From an uncultured delta proteobacterium (GTDB taxonomy: Bacteria; Desulfobacterota; Zymogenia; Zymogenales; Zymogenaceae), in contig CAWBYW010000007.1 of NCBI GenBank assembly GCA_963792965.1, positions 608,001-672,000 on the forward strand: a DNA stretch of 64,000 bases, in the 5' to 3' direction. This document shows, in pieces, positions 1 to 8,984 of this stretch. The stretch's first letter is position 1; every line of letters starts with the position of its first letter. A program made the translations under genes and the position numbers. A model generated the notes under the pieces. The model was not told the DNA's origin and did not search any database. It worked only from the letters and a program-made list of their open reading frames with translations.

Positions 1-31
1 GCGTCATCCCGTTTTTCCCGTATCCATTCAC

Positions 32-44
32 TGAGTGACACTTA
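32..44. promoter_or_regulatory. Putative TetR operator (TGAGT-GAC-ACTTA)
   Basis: Imperfect palindrome with an AGT-N3-ACT core, about 25 nt upstream of the V4R start; resembles the sites at 3654 and 4428. Confidence 0.4.
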
Positions 45-70
45 ACCCCTATTATTTTAAGGAGGGCACT

Positions 71-949
71 ATGGTTTCTCAGGAAAAGCACCTTCACTGG
101 GACATCGAAAAGGGATCGCTATACCTCGTGCAGGAAAAAACGGAGCGCCGGCTTTTCCTGATGAGAAAGGGCTTCATGGATTCATTCTTCGACGAGATCC
201 TGAACGTCGAGGGAAAAGATGCGCTCTCCATGACGATACGAAAGGTCCTCGAAAAGGCCCGGGCCCGGGACGCCGAGGCCGCCAGGCCCACCGTCGATAC
301 GCTCAACCGCTTCAAAGACGACTACATCCTGCCGCTTTCGATCGACCGGGAGCAATTGCCCCCCATGTTCACCCATACGGAAGGCACCCGTGAGCTCGTC
401 GCGTTCGGCTCGGTGGTCTATCTCCTGGAAATCGCCACGATCCTCAATATCCTCAAGGAAGTCAGCGCGGAGATATTGACGCCCCGGGGGGCGCGGGCCA
501 TCGTCAGGAGTGTCGGAAAGCGGGCGGGGATGACCGTCGGGGATTCCGCGAAGGCCAACTATAACTGGAACGAGATCGACGCCGCCACGGCGTCGCTCGA
601 CCAGCAGACCCGTGTTATCTTTCCCCTCATGGGATGGGGGGTGCCCTCGGTCGTCTGCAGGAAGGGACGCGACGGCAATTATCTCTTGTTCTTCCGGTGC
701 CGCAATACCTTCGAGTCCGACGGCGTCTCGTCGGCCCAGCCCGTCTGCACCGTCTTCGCGTCTTTTTTAGAGGGGATAACCGAAAGCATCATGCTCTCGC
801 TCTCCGGGCAGGCGGCCGAGTGCCGAGAGGTCAGGTGCGCTGCCGCGGGAGACCCATACTGCGCCTTTGCCGTGAAGCTCAAGGCGAAGGGCTCCCCGGC
901 GCTGGATTGGGCAGCATACGAGGACGAGTGGCGCGCACTGGATACATAG
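71..949 (+). CDS. V4R domain-containing protein
   Basis: GGAGG RBS before ATG at 71; C-terminal V4R signature C..FASFLEG...CREVRCAAAGDPYCAF. Confidence 0.8.
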   Translation: MVSQEKHLHWDIEKGSLYLVQEKTERRLFLMRKGFMDSFFDEILNVEGKDALSMTIRKVLEKARARDAEAARPTVDTLNRFKDDYILPLSIDREQLPPMFTHTEGTRELVAFGSVVYLLEIATILNILKEVSAEILTPRGARAIVRSVGKRAGMTVGDSAKANYNWNEIDAATASLDQQTRVIFPLMGWGVPSVVCRKGRDGNYLLFFRCRNTFESDGVSSAQPVCTVFASFLEGITESIMLSLSGQAAECREVRCAAAGDPYCAFAVKLKAKGSPALDWAAYEDEWRALDT

Positions 950-995
950 CGACAGTCGCTTGTGATGACGGATTATTGCAGGCGGGATAGAGAGA

Positions 996-1037
996 AAGGG
1001 GGCAGGCGTTCGGCTGACTCAGACGCTCTGTCCCCTT
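996..1037. terminator. Hairpin between convergent genes, probably a bidirectional terminator
   Basis: AAGGGGGCAG-GCGT...ACGC-T-CTGTCCCCTT inverted repeat. Confidence 0.5.
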
Positions 1038-1055
1038 GTCGTATTCAGCGCTATA

Positions 1056-1217
1056 TCAGCTAAAGTAGGCACGATTGATGCGCCAGCCCACATAGACTCC
1101 CAGGAGGCTGCCGACCCCGCTGAATAGGTAAGCCGTCATGATGCCGAGGCCCGATCCTGCCCACCACCCGATCCAACCGAAGACCGTCATCCCCACGAAG
1201 ATGCATATCTTGTTCAT
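1056..1217 (-). CDS. Small 53-aa two-helix membrane protein (below the ORF-track cutoff)
   Basis: MNKICIFVGMTVFGWIGWWAGSGLGIMTAYLFSGVGSLLGVYVGWRINRAYFS*, GGAG RBS, Gly-rich hydrophobic hairpin. Confidence 0.7.
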   Translation of the reverse strand: MNKICIFVGMTVFGWIGWWAGSGLGIMTAYLFSGVGSLLGVYVGWRINRAYFS

Positions 1218-1297
1218 CTGCGCTCCATGAGGGAGGTCGAGGGGGTCAGGCGTTTGTCCGACATAAGGCTCTTCCGGCTGTCCATATCACATATAGC

Positions 1298-1410
1298 TGT
1301 GGGCATGACAAGCCGTGCCCACACCCACTATTATTGCTAACCCTATCGCGAAAGGAGAGGACCAGCACGAAACGGGCCTACCATCTGTAGGGACACGATT
1401 CATCGTGTTC
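1298..1410. repeat. Two REP-like palindromes
   Basis: TGTGGGCATGAC-AA-GCCGTGCCCACA (1298-1323) and GTAG-GGACACGAT-TC-ATCGTGTTC (1387-1410); a GTAG/GTGG tetranucleotide followed by a hairpin is the RAYT-REP architecture. Confidence 0.45.
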
Positions 1411-1473
1411 GTTTGACCTTGCTGTTCCGGCCTCAACCCTCATCATGAGGGTCGACCCTGTCCCGCCGCTCGC

Positions 1474-3369
1474 CTATTTTGAGGCGAAGAAGAGGAACCT
1501 CGTGTCTCCCCTGTTCGTCGAGTATTCCCCGAGGCATTCCACCTTTGAGAACCCCTTCTTGCTCAAATAATTCGCGATCCAGCCCTCGATGTCGGGCTCC
1601 ATAAAGGCGAATTTCTTCTTCCAGTCCACGGACTCGTTGGGCTGGCCCGTCTCGAAGAAGATCGACGTCGTCTTCTCGCAGAGCGTCGAGAATATCCGAT
1701 CGGCGGTGTCGAAGCCCCACTCCGAGACCCAATGGTGAAAGATCGAGAGGCAGCAGAGCATATCGACCCGGGGCAGTGAGCGCACGGTGTCGATATCTAT
1801 CCCGACGTTAAGGAAGGCGGTGCGGTCCATCTTTCGGATCGCCCTGATCATCATCGCAAAGTCGTAGAGCCTTTTCTTCCTCTCGACGCCGATGGCCACC
1901 GCCCCGCTCTCGCTGGCCATAAACGTGAAGTACCCGATCTCGCAGCCGGTGTCGAGGAACGAAAATGGGGGCGACGGCAGGTGCTTCTTCATCGCGTCCC
2001 ATCTCTCGATGCAATCGCGTTTCGATTTCTTGGAGACCCTGCCGTACACCGGTTGATAGTACCGGGAAGTCCTGGCGGCCGAAAGCGCAACGTCTATGCG
2101 CTGAAACAGGCTCATCGCGCCCGTCAGCGGATCGAGCCCCTTGAAGACCGCCCTGATGCGTCTCCTGAAAGCCTTTCTCTCCGCTTTTCCGAAAGACGGC
2201 AGCACCCTGCCCGACGACACCCCCTCCCCCACGCGCGGCAGCGCCATGCCCGACGAGCCGCCGGCACTCCCGGCGCCGGCGAGGCTCAGGCTCCTGCCTG
2301 TCTGGCCGGACAGGACGAAAAACCACATGCCCAGCATAGCGGTAATGAGCCCGCTGCCCCAGAGGATGGGCAGCCCCGCCTTCTCCTGGTACTCGAGGAG
2401 GGGGAACGCCTGTGTCAGCATGGTCCCCGCTACCGCGTGGGTGAACAGAAACCGGCTTTTGCCGGCGTATATCTCCTCATTTACCACCTTGGTCGTCGGA
2501 TCAACCCGGATAACCATTGCGTGGTACGGATCTGTCGCATGATTTTTCTCCCCTATCTTGTCCATCCCTCCGCCGGAAACGATAAACGTCGTGTCCTTGA
2601 TCCTGGTGCGGACGTAGGAATGGTAGTCGCCGGAGAAAACGTAGTCCACATTGTACTTTTCGATCAGCGACAGAAATCTCTTCTCCCCCTGCATATCACG
2701 GCCCGTGATCGCAGGCGAGACGAAGGTTGCCGACGCATGGGTAAAGACGAAGGTCATGCGCGTGTCTCCCTTCCTGTGGCCCAGCACATCGGCCAGGTAC
2801 GGAAGATACGTCTCTGTATTTACATCGTCCAGGACGACGAAGAGACACCCGTCATGGGTAAAGTGAAAATTGTCTGGCCCGTAGATCGCCTCGAAGGACT
2901 GAGGGGTAAAGGAATAGAACAGTTCGCCCGGATCGTCCGTCGTGACGATGTCACGATTTCCCGCAACGAGGAACACCGGCACACGAACACCCCATGAAGA
3001 AAAATCCGTCATGAACCGCCGGTGATACTCGGCCGTGGGGCCCTTTACGAAATCCCCGAGGATAACTCCGAAGTCCGGGGCGTCACCCCTGATATCATGC
3101 TTGTAAATGGCGGAAAAGAAATCACCCAGCCTCGTATCCCCGACAACGAAGAACGAGAACGGCTTTTCGCCGGTATCTTTTGCCGTGAGCAGATCCACGT
3201 TCTCCGTCTTATTGCCGAGGAACGCCGGCAATTGAATATCTTCTTTAGACTCGCCGTAAATCATTGAGGCGCCGGCGTACGCAAAGGAGGCCAGCGAAAG
3301 CACCATAATCAAGAGGACGACCCTGGACTTAATCTTCGCTTTCTTCTTTGGAATGATGTCGCTTGTCAT
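1474..3369 (-). CDS. Membrane protein: calcineurin-like metallophosphoesterase fused to a class I SAM methyltransferase (WbdD-MTase-like)
   Basis: N-terminal TM; GDTR, GDF, GNRD, H and GDYH motifs; second TM; C-terminal YQPVYG..RDC..RW, FLDTGCEIGYF, CLSIFHHW. Confidence 0.75.
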   Translation of the reverse strand: MTSDIIPKKKAKIKSRVVLLIMVLSLASFAYAGASMIYGESKEDIQLPAFLGNKTENVDLLTAKDTGEKPFSFFVVGDTRLGDFFSAIYKHDIRGDAPDFGVILGDFVKGPTAEYHRRFMTDFSSWGVRVPVFLVAGNRDIVTTDDPGELFYSFTPQSFEAIYGPDNFHFTHDGCLFVVLDDVNTETYLPYLADVLGHRKGDTRMTFVFTHASATFVSPAITGRDMQGEKRFLSLIEKYNVDYVFSGDYHSYVRTRIKDTTFIVSGGGMDKIGEKNHATDPYHAMVIRVDPTTKVVNEEIYAGKSRFLFTHAVAGTMLTQAFPLLEYQEKAGLPILWGSGLITAMLGMWFFVLSGQTGRSLSLAGAGSAGGSSGMALPRVGEGVSSGRVLPSFGKAERKAFRRRIRAVFKGLDPLTGAMSLFQRIDVALSAARTSRYYQPVYGRVSKKSKRDCIERWDAMKKHLPSPPFSFLDTGCEIGYFTFMASESGAVAIGVERKKRLYDFAMMIRAIRKMDRTAFLNVGIDIDTVRSLPRVDMLCCLSIFHHWVSEWGFDTADRIFSTLCEKTTSIFFETGQPNESVDWKKKFAFMEPDIEGWIANYLSKKGFSKVECLGEYSTNRGDTRFLFFASK

Positions 3370-3626
3370 ACTGCTTCCTATAAATGAAATCCCAGTTTTT
3401 GCATAATATAAGTTTAATATAACTTCGGCTCGGATAAGTCAAGAAAATGGCGCCTTGTAAAAAGTTATATTTTTCTAATTCGGCGCGCGTACGGAAGACG
3501 CGAAGGGATGGAATCGGGAGCCCGAACGGGGAGGCGATATCACGATGAGACCCGACCCCCTTCCCGTCCCCTTTTTCGCCCGGCTTCATCTCAGCCAAAA
3601 AGTTCTTTCCCACCCGCGAATATTCC

Positions 3627-3668
3627 TTGCGCTTTTTTTTCGTCTGCAGTATAGTTAGCGTCACTTAC
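3627..3668 (+). promoter_or_regulatory. Sigma70 promoter of tetR with overlapping operator
   Basis: TTGCGC(3627)-17 nt-TATAGT(3650); palindrome GTTAGCGTCACTTAC at 3654-3668. Confidence 0.55.
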
Positions 3669-3744
3669 CAGGCGCGGTGAACACCCCGGGCGTCCGTCCG
3701 GAGAGGGAGACCGCATGCATCCATCACGACGCTAAGGAAACGGC

Positions 3745-4380
3745 ATGACACAATTTGAGGACTTTGACACCCACCATAAGAACTCCCAGCCAAAACACCT
3801 CCCCCCGGGCCGCGTGAAGATCGCCGACTCGTTGAGGCTCCTCCTGAGAGAAAAAGACTTCAACGCCATCACCACCGCCGAAATCGCCAAGAACGCCGGG
3901 GTTACCGAGGCCCTCATCTACAAATATTTCAAGGACAAACGTGACCTCCTCTACCAGGTTCTGGCCGAATACCTCGAACACTATATCGTGCAGGCCCGCC
4001 AGGACCTCGCCGGGATCACCGGCACCCTCAACAAGCTCAGGAAGACCATCTGGATACACATCAACGTCTACGCCACCGATCGCGTCTTTGCGAAGATATT
4101 GATGCTTGAGGTCAGGAGCTTTTCCGACTATTACATGAGCGAGCCCTATCGTCTCGTCAAGGAGTATAGCGTGCTCTTGTCCGATATCCTGAAGGAAGGC
4201 ATTGCCAAGGGCGAGCTCCGAAACGACATCTCGCCCTCGTTCATGCGCCAGGTGATCCTCGGCGGCATCGAGCACGTCTGTCTGACCAGGGTGGTCTTCA
4301 ACCGCGAGATCCAGCCCGACGCCATGACCGAAGACCTGACGCGGGTAATCTTCAAAGGGATAGAAAAGCGAGGCAAATAA
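3745..4380 (+). CDS. TetR/AcrR family transcriptional regulator
   Basis: HTH ITTAEIAKNAGVTEALIYKYFKDKRDL; C-terminal GIAKGELRND. Confidence 0.92.
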   Translation: MTQFEDFDTHHKNSQPKHLPPGRVKIADSLRLLLREKDFNAITTAEIAKNAGVTEALIYKYFKDKRDLLYQVLAEYLEHYIVQARQDLAGITGTLNKLRKTIWIHINVYATDRVFAKILMLEVRSFSDYYMSEPYRLVKEYSVLLSDILKEGIAKGELRNDISPSFMRQVILGGIEHVCLTRVVFNREIQPDAMTEDLTRVIFKGIEKRGK

Positions 4381-4410
4381 AGAAAAATCGGCCCGAGCCG
4401 GATATTTCTC

Positions 4411-4442
4411 TTGACAAAAAAAGGTAAGTTAGTATCATTAAC
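4411..4442 (+). promoter_or_regulatory. Sigma70 promoter of the catabolic operon with overlapping operator
   Basis: TTGACA(4411)-16 nt-TATCAT(4433); palindrome GTTAGTATCATTAAC at 4428-4442; further GTTAGT/ACTAAC half-sites downstream. Confidence 0.6.
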
Positions 4443-4541
4443 CTGCCGGTCGTTTTTTGTGGTTAGTGGTAAATAGTAAGTAATTACAGTACATTATCGT
4501 AATTGAAGTTTATTTACTAACACCCACTGCGGAGTCCTACC

Positions 4542-6242
4542 ATGAAACGAGAGAGATTCTGGACCAAGTCCTACGGGCAAGAAATCAAGGACGTCGACCC
4601 CAAGCTCTTCGAGACGACCACCGTGGACCTCTACAAGAAGAGGTTCGAGAAAAGCCCGGCCGATCCTGCCTACGTCTTTATGGGCGTCCCGATAACTTTT
4701 GCCGAGTTCGACAGGCTGACAAACCGCTTCGCCAACATGCTCATCAAAAACGGACTCAAAAAGGGCGACGTCGTTGGGGTCAACCTCCCCAACATCCCGG
4801 CCTTCCCCATCGCCTGGCTGGGCACGCTGAAAGCGGGGTGCGTCTTCATGGGGGTATCGCCCCTCCTTTCCCCCGAGGAGATGGAGCACCAGCTGCGTGA
4901 CTCCGAGGCCAAGGCACTGGTGACACTCGATGTCCTGTTCGCCTTCCGGGTCGTCAACATCGCACCGAAGCTCCCCAAGCTCACGCTCATCATGGCCGGG
5001 AGCGTCGTGGACTTCCTGCCCAAGTTCAAGCAGGTCCTGGCCAAGGCCCTCAAGAAGGTCCCCACCGGAAAGGTGACACCGCTTGCCGGAAAGACCGTCT
5101 ACCACTTCACCGAGACGATCGCCAAGGGCGCATTTCCCGACACGGCCCCGAACGTCAAGCTCGGTCCCAATGACACAGCGCTCCTCATGTACACCGGCGG
5201 CACGACGGGCGTGCCCAAGGGCGCGGTCATCACCCATCGTAACAACGTCGCGGAGGTCCTCGTATCCACTCAGTACATGCAGTGGGACAAACTCAAAGCA
5301 CGGGCACTCTCGGCCTTCCCGATGTTTCATATCGCCGGCATGGCGTTCAACGAGATATCCGTCTACAACGGTTGGACCCAGATTCTGCTCCCCGACCCCC
5401 GCAACACGGACTTTATCTGCGATGTGCTGGCAAAGTACAAGCCCGTCCTCATCGCCAACGTCCCCTCGCTCTATCATATGCTGATGGCCAACCCCCGCTT
5501 CAGGAAGCTCGATCACGCAAACCTGACTCAGTGCGTCTCGGCGGCGGCGCCCTTTCCGGTCGAGTCACAGAAGGAGCTCGAGTCAATTATCGGGAAGAAC
5601 AAGCTTATCGAGCTCTACGGCATGACCGAGACCACCGCCATCAGCGTCATGAACCCGCTTAAGGGCGCGCGCAAGCTCGGCACCATCGGCCTGCCGCTTC
5701 CCAACACGGACATCAAGCTCCTCGAGCCCGGTACCGGGCGGGAGGTTAAGCAGGGAGAGGCCGGCGAGTTCTGCGTTAAGTGTCCGCAGCTCATGAAGGG
5801 GTACTACAAAAAACCCGAGGAGGACAAGAAGTCCTTTGACAGCGAGGGCTTTTTCCACACGGGCGACGTGATGGTTCAGGATAAGGACGGCTACCTGACG
5901 ATCGTCGACCGAACCAAGGACATGATCATCGTTTCCGGCTTCAAGGTCTTTTCAAAAAAGGTAGAGGACATCCTGGCCAAACACCCGGCCGTCGAAATGA
6001 TCGCCACCATCGGCGTCGCCGACCCGAAGAGGCCCGGCTCCGAGCTCGTCCGGGCCTACGTGACGCTGGTGCCCGGGTACGACTACGGCGGCGACCAGGA
6101 AAAGCTCAAATCCGAGATTATCGCCATGGCCAAGGCGAAGCTTGCGCCCTACGAAGTCCCCAAGGAGATCGTGATCAGAAAAGAGATGCCGCTCACGTCC
6201 GTGGGTAAGCTCGACAAGAAACAGCTGAGAAAAAACCCATAA
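4542..6242 (+). CDS. AMP-binding acyl-CoA ligase (long-chain fatty acid-CoA ligase family)
   Basis: YTGGTTGVPKG, YGMTE, HTGD, DRTKDMIIVSG, VGKLDK motifs. Confidence 0.93.
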   Translation: MKRERFWTKSYGQEIKDVDPKLFETTTVDLYKKRFEKSPADPAYVFMGVPITFAEFDRLTNRFANMLIKNGLKKGDVVGVNLPNIPAFPIAWLGTLKAGCVFMGVSPLLSPEEMEHQLRDSEAKALVTLDVLFAFRVVNIAPKLPKLTLIMAGSVVDFLPKFKQVLAKALKKVPTGKVTPLAGKTVYHFTETIAKGAFPDTAPNVKLGPNDTALLMYTGGTTGVPKGAVITHRNNVAEVLVSTQYMQWDKLKARALSAFPMFHIAGMAFNEISVYNGWTQILLPDPRNTDFICDVLAKYKPVLIANVPSLYHMLMANPRFRKLDHANLTQCVSAAAPFPVESQKELESIIGKNKLIELYGMTETTAISVMNPLKGARKLGTIGLPLPNTDIKLLEPGTGREVKQGEAGEFCVKCPQLMKGYYKKPEEDKKSFDSEGFFHTGDVMVQDKDGYLTIVDRTKDMIIVSGFKVFSKKVEDILAKHPAVEMIATIGVADPKRPGSELVRAYVTLVPGYDYGGDQEKLKSEIIAMAKAKLAPYEVPKEIVIRKEMPLTSVGKLDKKQLRKNP

Positions 6243-6279
6243 CATATTTACGAACCATTCTTTTTTAAGGGAGGTCAAC

Positions 6280-7251
6280 ATGAAACCCGAAGAGTATATC
6301 TGGGACTTTAGAAATCCCTACCTCTGGATGGACCGCGTGGTGCGCAGCGCTTTCCCGCCGATGATCATCACGTGCGCCATCACCGGCGGCGTCCAGGGAA
6401 AGGAATCCAACGAGAGTCTTCCTGAGAGCGCCGAGGAGCAGGCCGATCAGGTCTTCGAGGCCTATAAGGCCGGCGCGGTCTCCGTACACATCCATGCGCG
6501 CGACCCGAATAATCTGGCCATGACGACGAAGAACCCTGAGGACTATTCGCGGGTCAACAAGCTGATCCGGGAGCGCTGCCCCGACATCATCATCAACAAC
6601 ACCACCGGCGGCGGCCCCTGGCTCTCGACGGAGGAGCGCATGTGCTGCCTCTTTGCCGACCCGAAGCCGGACATGGCCAGCCTCAACCTCGGCCCCTTCG
6701 TCCTCAAGGTCTCACTCAAGGACAGGAAAGAGCCGCTGAAGAATCCCCGGGCCGGCTTTTTGTTCGACACCTGCATTCCTTGCTCCTATGCCGATGTCAA
6801 CCTCTACGCCAAGACGATGAAGGAAAAGGGAATCAAGCCCGAGGTGGAGCTCTACCAGCCGGGGCAATACCACGTGCTTCAGGACCTCATGCGGGAAGGG
6901 AACATCGATCCCCCCTTCATGATTCAGTACGTCATGGGATTCCAGACCTCCTCATACCCCACCCCGGCAAACGTCCTGGGACTCATCAACGAGCTGCCAC
7001 CTAATTCGATGTTTTCCCTCATCGGCGTGGGGCCGTTCCAGATTCCGATGAACGTCTTCTCCATCCTGCTTGGCGGACACATCCGCGTGGGCATGGAAGA
7101 TAACCTCTATTATCGCAAGGGCGAAAAGCTCAAAAAGAACGCCCAGCTCGTGGAGCGGATTATCCGGATCGCCAAAGAGATGAACCGGCCGATCGCCACC
7201 GTCGCCCAGGCGCGGGAGATGCTGGGTCTTCCCGCCAAGCCGGCAAAATGA
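6280..7251 (+). CDS. Beta-keto acid cleavage enzyme (BKACE/Kce, DUF849) family
   Basis: ITCAITG, HIHAR (Zn ligands), NNTTGG, DMASLN, KPEVE, GGHIRVGMEDN. Confidence 0.92.
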   Translation: MKPEEYIWDFRNPYLWMDRVVRSAFPPMIITCAITGGVQGKESNESLPESAEEQADQVFEAYKAGAVSVHIHARDPNNLAMTTKNPEDYSRVNKLIRERCPDIIINNTTGGGPWLSTEERMCCLFADPKPDMASLNLGPFVLKVSLKDRKEPLKNPRAGFLFDTCIPCSYADVNLYAKTMKEKGIKPEVELYQPGQYHVLQDLMREGNIDPPFMIQYVMGFQTSSYPTPANVLGLINELPPNSMFSLIGVGPFQIPMNVFSILLGGHIRVGMEDNLYYRKGEKLKKNAQLVERIIRIAKEMNRPIATVAQAREMLGLPAKPAK

Positions 7252-7267
7252 CAACCAGCTATATCAC

Positions 7268-7300
7268 AGGGGGCCGGCCCTTCGATGCCGGCCCCCTTTT
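7268..7300 (+). terminator. Intrinsic terminator or internal attenuator hairpin
   Basis: AGGGGGCCGGC...GCCGGCCCCCT followed by TTT. Confidence 0.6.
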
Positions 7301-7327
7301 CATCACGTATCCTATGCGGAGGCTTAC

Positions 7328-7786
7328 ATGGCCGATTGGAAAAAAGACGTTAAGAACATCATCTACGAGGGGCAGATAAAAGTCCCTTATAAGTGGAACG
7401 TGGGGGAGACCGGAAGCCGTTTCCTGATCGCCTTGAGAGACAAGAAAGAGATCTGGGGGACCAGATGCCCTAAGTGCAAAAAGGTCTATGTCCCTCCGGT
7501 CAAGACGTGCGGCGAATGTTTCGTCCCGTGCGACCAGTGGCTGCAGGTCAAGGACACCGGGACCGTCGAATCGTTCACCGTGGTCCACTACCCCCACTCG
7601 ATGCAACCGATAAAACCCCCCTTCGCCTACGGGCTCATCAAGCTGGACGGCGCCGACGGGGCGCTGCTCCATCTTATCGGCGGCGTCGATCCGGCTAAGA
7701 TCAGCCAGGGGATGAAGGTAAAAGCTGTCTATGCCGATAAGCGAGAGGGATCGATCCTCGATATCAAATACTTCTCTCCCGTATAA
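7328..7786 (+). CDS. DUF35 Zn-ribbon/OB-fold protein (acyl-CoA-binding scaffold)
   Basis: CPKC..YVPP..CGEC, GTVESFT, LIKLDGAD. Confidence 0.9.
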   Translation: MADWKKDVKNIIYEGQIKVPYKWNVGETGSRFLIALRDKKEIWGTRCPKCKKVYVPPVKTCGECFVPCDQWLQVKDTGTVESFTVVHYPHSMQPIKPPFAYGLIKLDGADGALLHLIGGVDPAKISQGMKVKAVYADKREGSILDIKYFSPV

Positions 7787-7815
7787 AGAGGGCGCGGCTT
7801 ATCCGCGTTCTATTC

Positions 7816-8970
7816 ATGAAAAGGAAGGTTGCTATGGAAAAAATAGGAATAGTCGGGGTCGGACAGACCACCTATGAGCGATCAAAAGAGGCCCCCTTTG
7901 ACGAGCTGGTCTTTGAAGCGGCGACGAAGGCGCTTTCCGACGCCGGCGGCCAGATCGAACAGATCGACAACATTGTCACCGTCTCCAACGACTTTTGGGA
8001 CGGCCGCACGATTTCATCTATGGCCATCCAGGATGCGGCCGGAAGCTGGGGCAAGGACATCTCCACCATCGAGGATGACGGCACCTTCGGGACGCTCTAC
8101 GGGATGATGAGAATCCTCTCCGGGTCTTTCGATACGACGCTCGTCGTCTCTCACATGAAGGGGTCCGAGGGCGTGATGGACCTCATCACCAACGCGATGT
8201 TCGACCCGATTTATCAGCGGGGGCTCGGCATCGACGCGACATCATCGGCCGCGCTTCAGGCACGGCTCTATATGAAGATGAGCGGCGCCACCGAAGAGGA
8301 TTTCGCCCGTGTTTCCGTGAAAAACCACAAGAACGCCAAGAACAACCCCCATGCGCAGCTGCCGCTCGACATCACGGTTGCGGACGTCATGAAATCAAAA
8401 AAGATCGCCGAGCCGCTCAAGCTCTTGGATTGCTCTCCCATCAGCGACGGCGCGGCGGCGGTGGTCCTTGCCAACGAGAAGGGGGCCAAGCGATTCAAGA
8501 AGTCCCCCGTGTGGATCAAGGGGACGGGGCACTGCAGCGATAGCTACAACATCGGCTACCGGGACCTTGCCCGCTCACGCGCGCTTAAGGACGCGGCCGG
8601 CAGGGCCTACCGGGCGGCCGGGATCAAGGACCCGATGAAAGACTTGGACGTTGCCGAGATATACGACGCCTACTCCTACATGGAGCCTCTGTGGTACGAG
8701 GGGCTCGGTTTTGCGCCCGAGGGGAAAGGTAAAGACCTCCTCAGGTCCGGCGCCACCGAGATGGGCGGTCAGCTTCCGGTCAATCCCTCGGGCGGCGTGA
8801 TCTCCGCCCACCCGGTGCTCGTGGCCGGCATGGCGCGCCTGATCGAGGCGGTGTTGCAGGTACGCGGCGAGGCCGGCAAGAGACAGGTCAAGGGTGTAAA
8901 GACGGCGCTGGCTCATGGGATCAACGGCCCTTGCGGTCAGGCACACTGTGTCATCGTCGTTGGATCATAG
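7816..8970 (+). CDS. SCP2/thiolase-like protein, Ltp4-like, lacking the nucleophilic Cys
   Basis: Thiolase fold (GVGQT, DCSPISDGAAAVVL, VNPSGG); EDDGTFG where thiolases have xACASG; EIYDAY in place of HDCF. Start may be the ATG at 7834. Confidence 0.85.
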   Translation: MKRKVAMEKIGIVGVGQTTYERSKEAPFDELVFEAATKALSDAGGQIEQIDNIVTVSNDFWDGRTISSMAIQDAAGSWGKDISTIEDDGTFGTLYGMMRILSGSFDTTLVVSHMKGSEGVMDLITNAMFDPIYQRGLGIDATSSAALQARLYMKMSGATEEDFARVSVKNHKNAKNNPHAQLPLDITVADVMKSKKIAEPLKLLDCSPISDGAAAVVLANEKGAKRFKKSPVWIKGTGHCSDSYNIGYRDLARSRALKDAAGRAYRAAGIKDPMKDLDVAEIYDAYSYMEPLWYEGLGFAPEGKGKDLLRSGATEMGGQLPVNPSGGVISAHPVLVAGMARLIEAVLQVRGEAGKRQVKGVKTALAHGINGPCGQAHCVIVVGS

Positions 8971-8984
8971 AAAGGGAGGAAATC

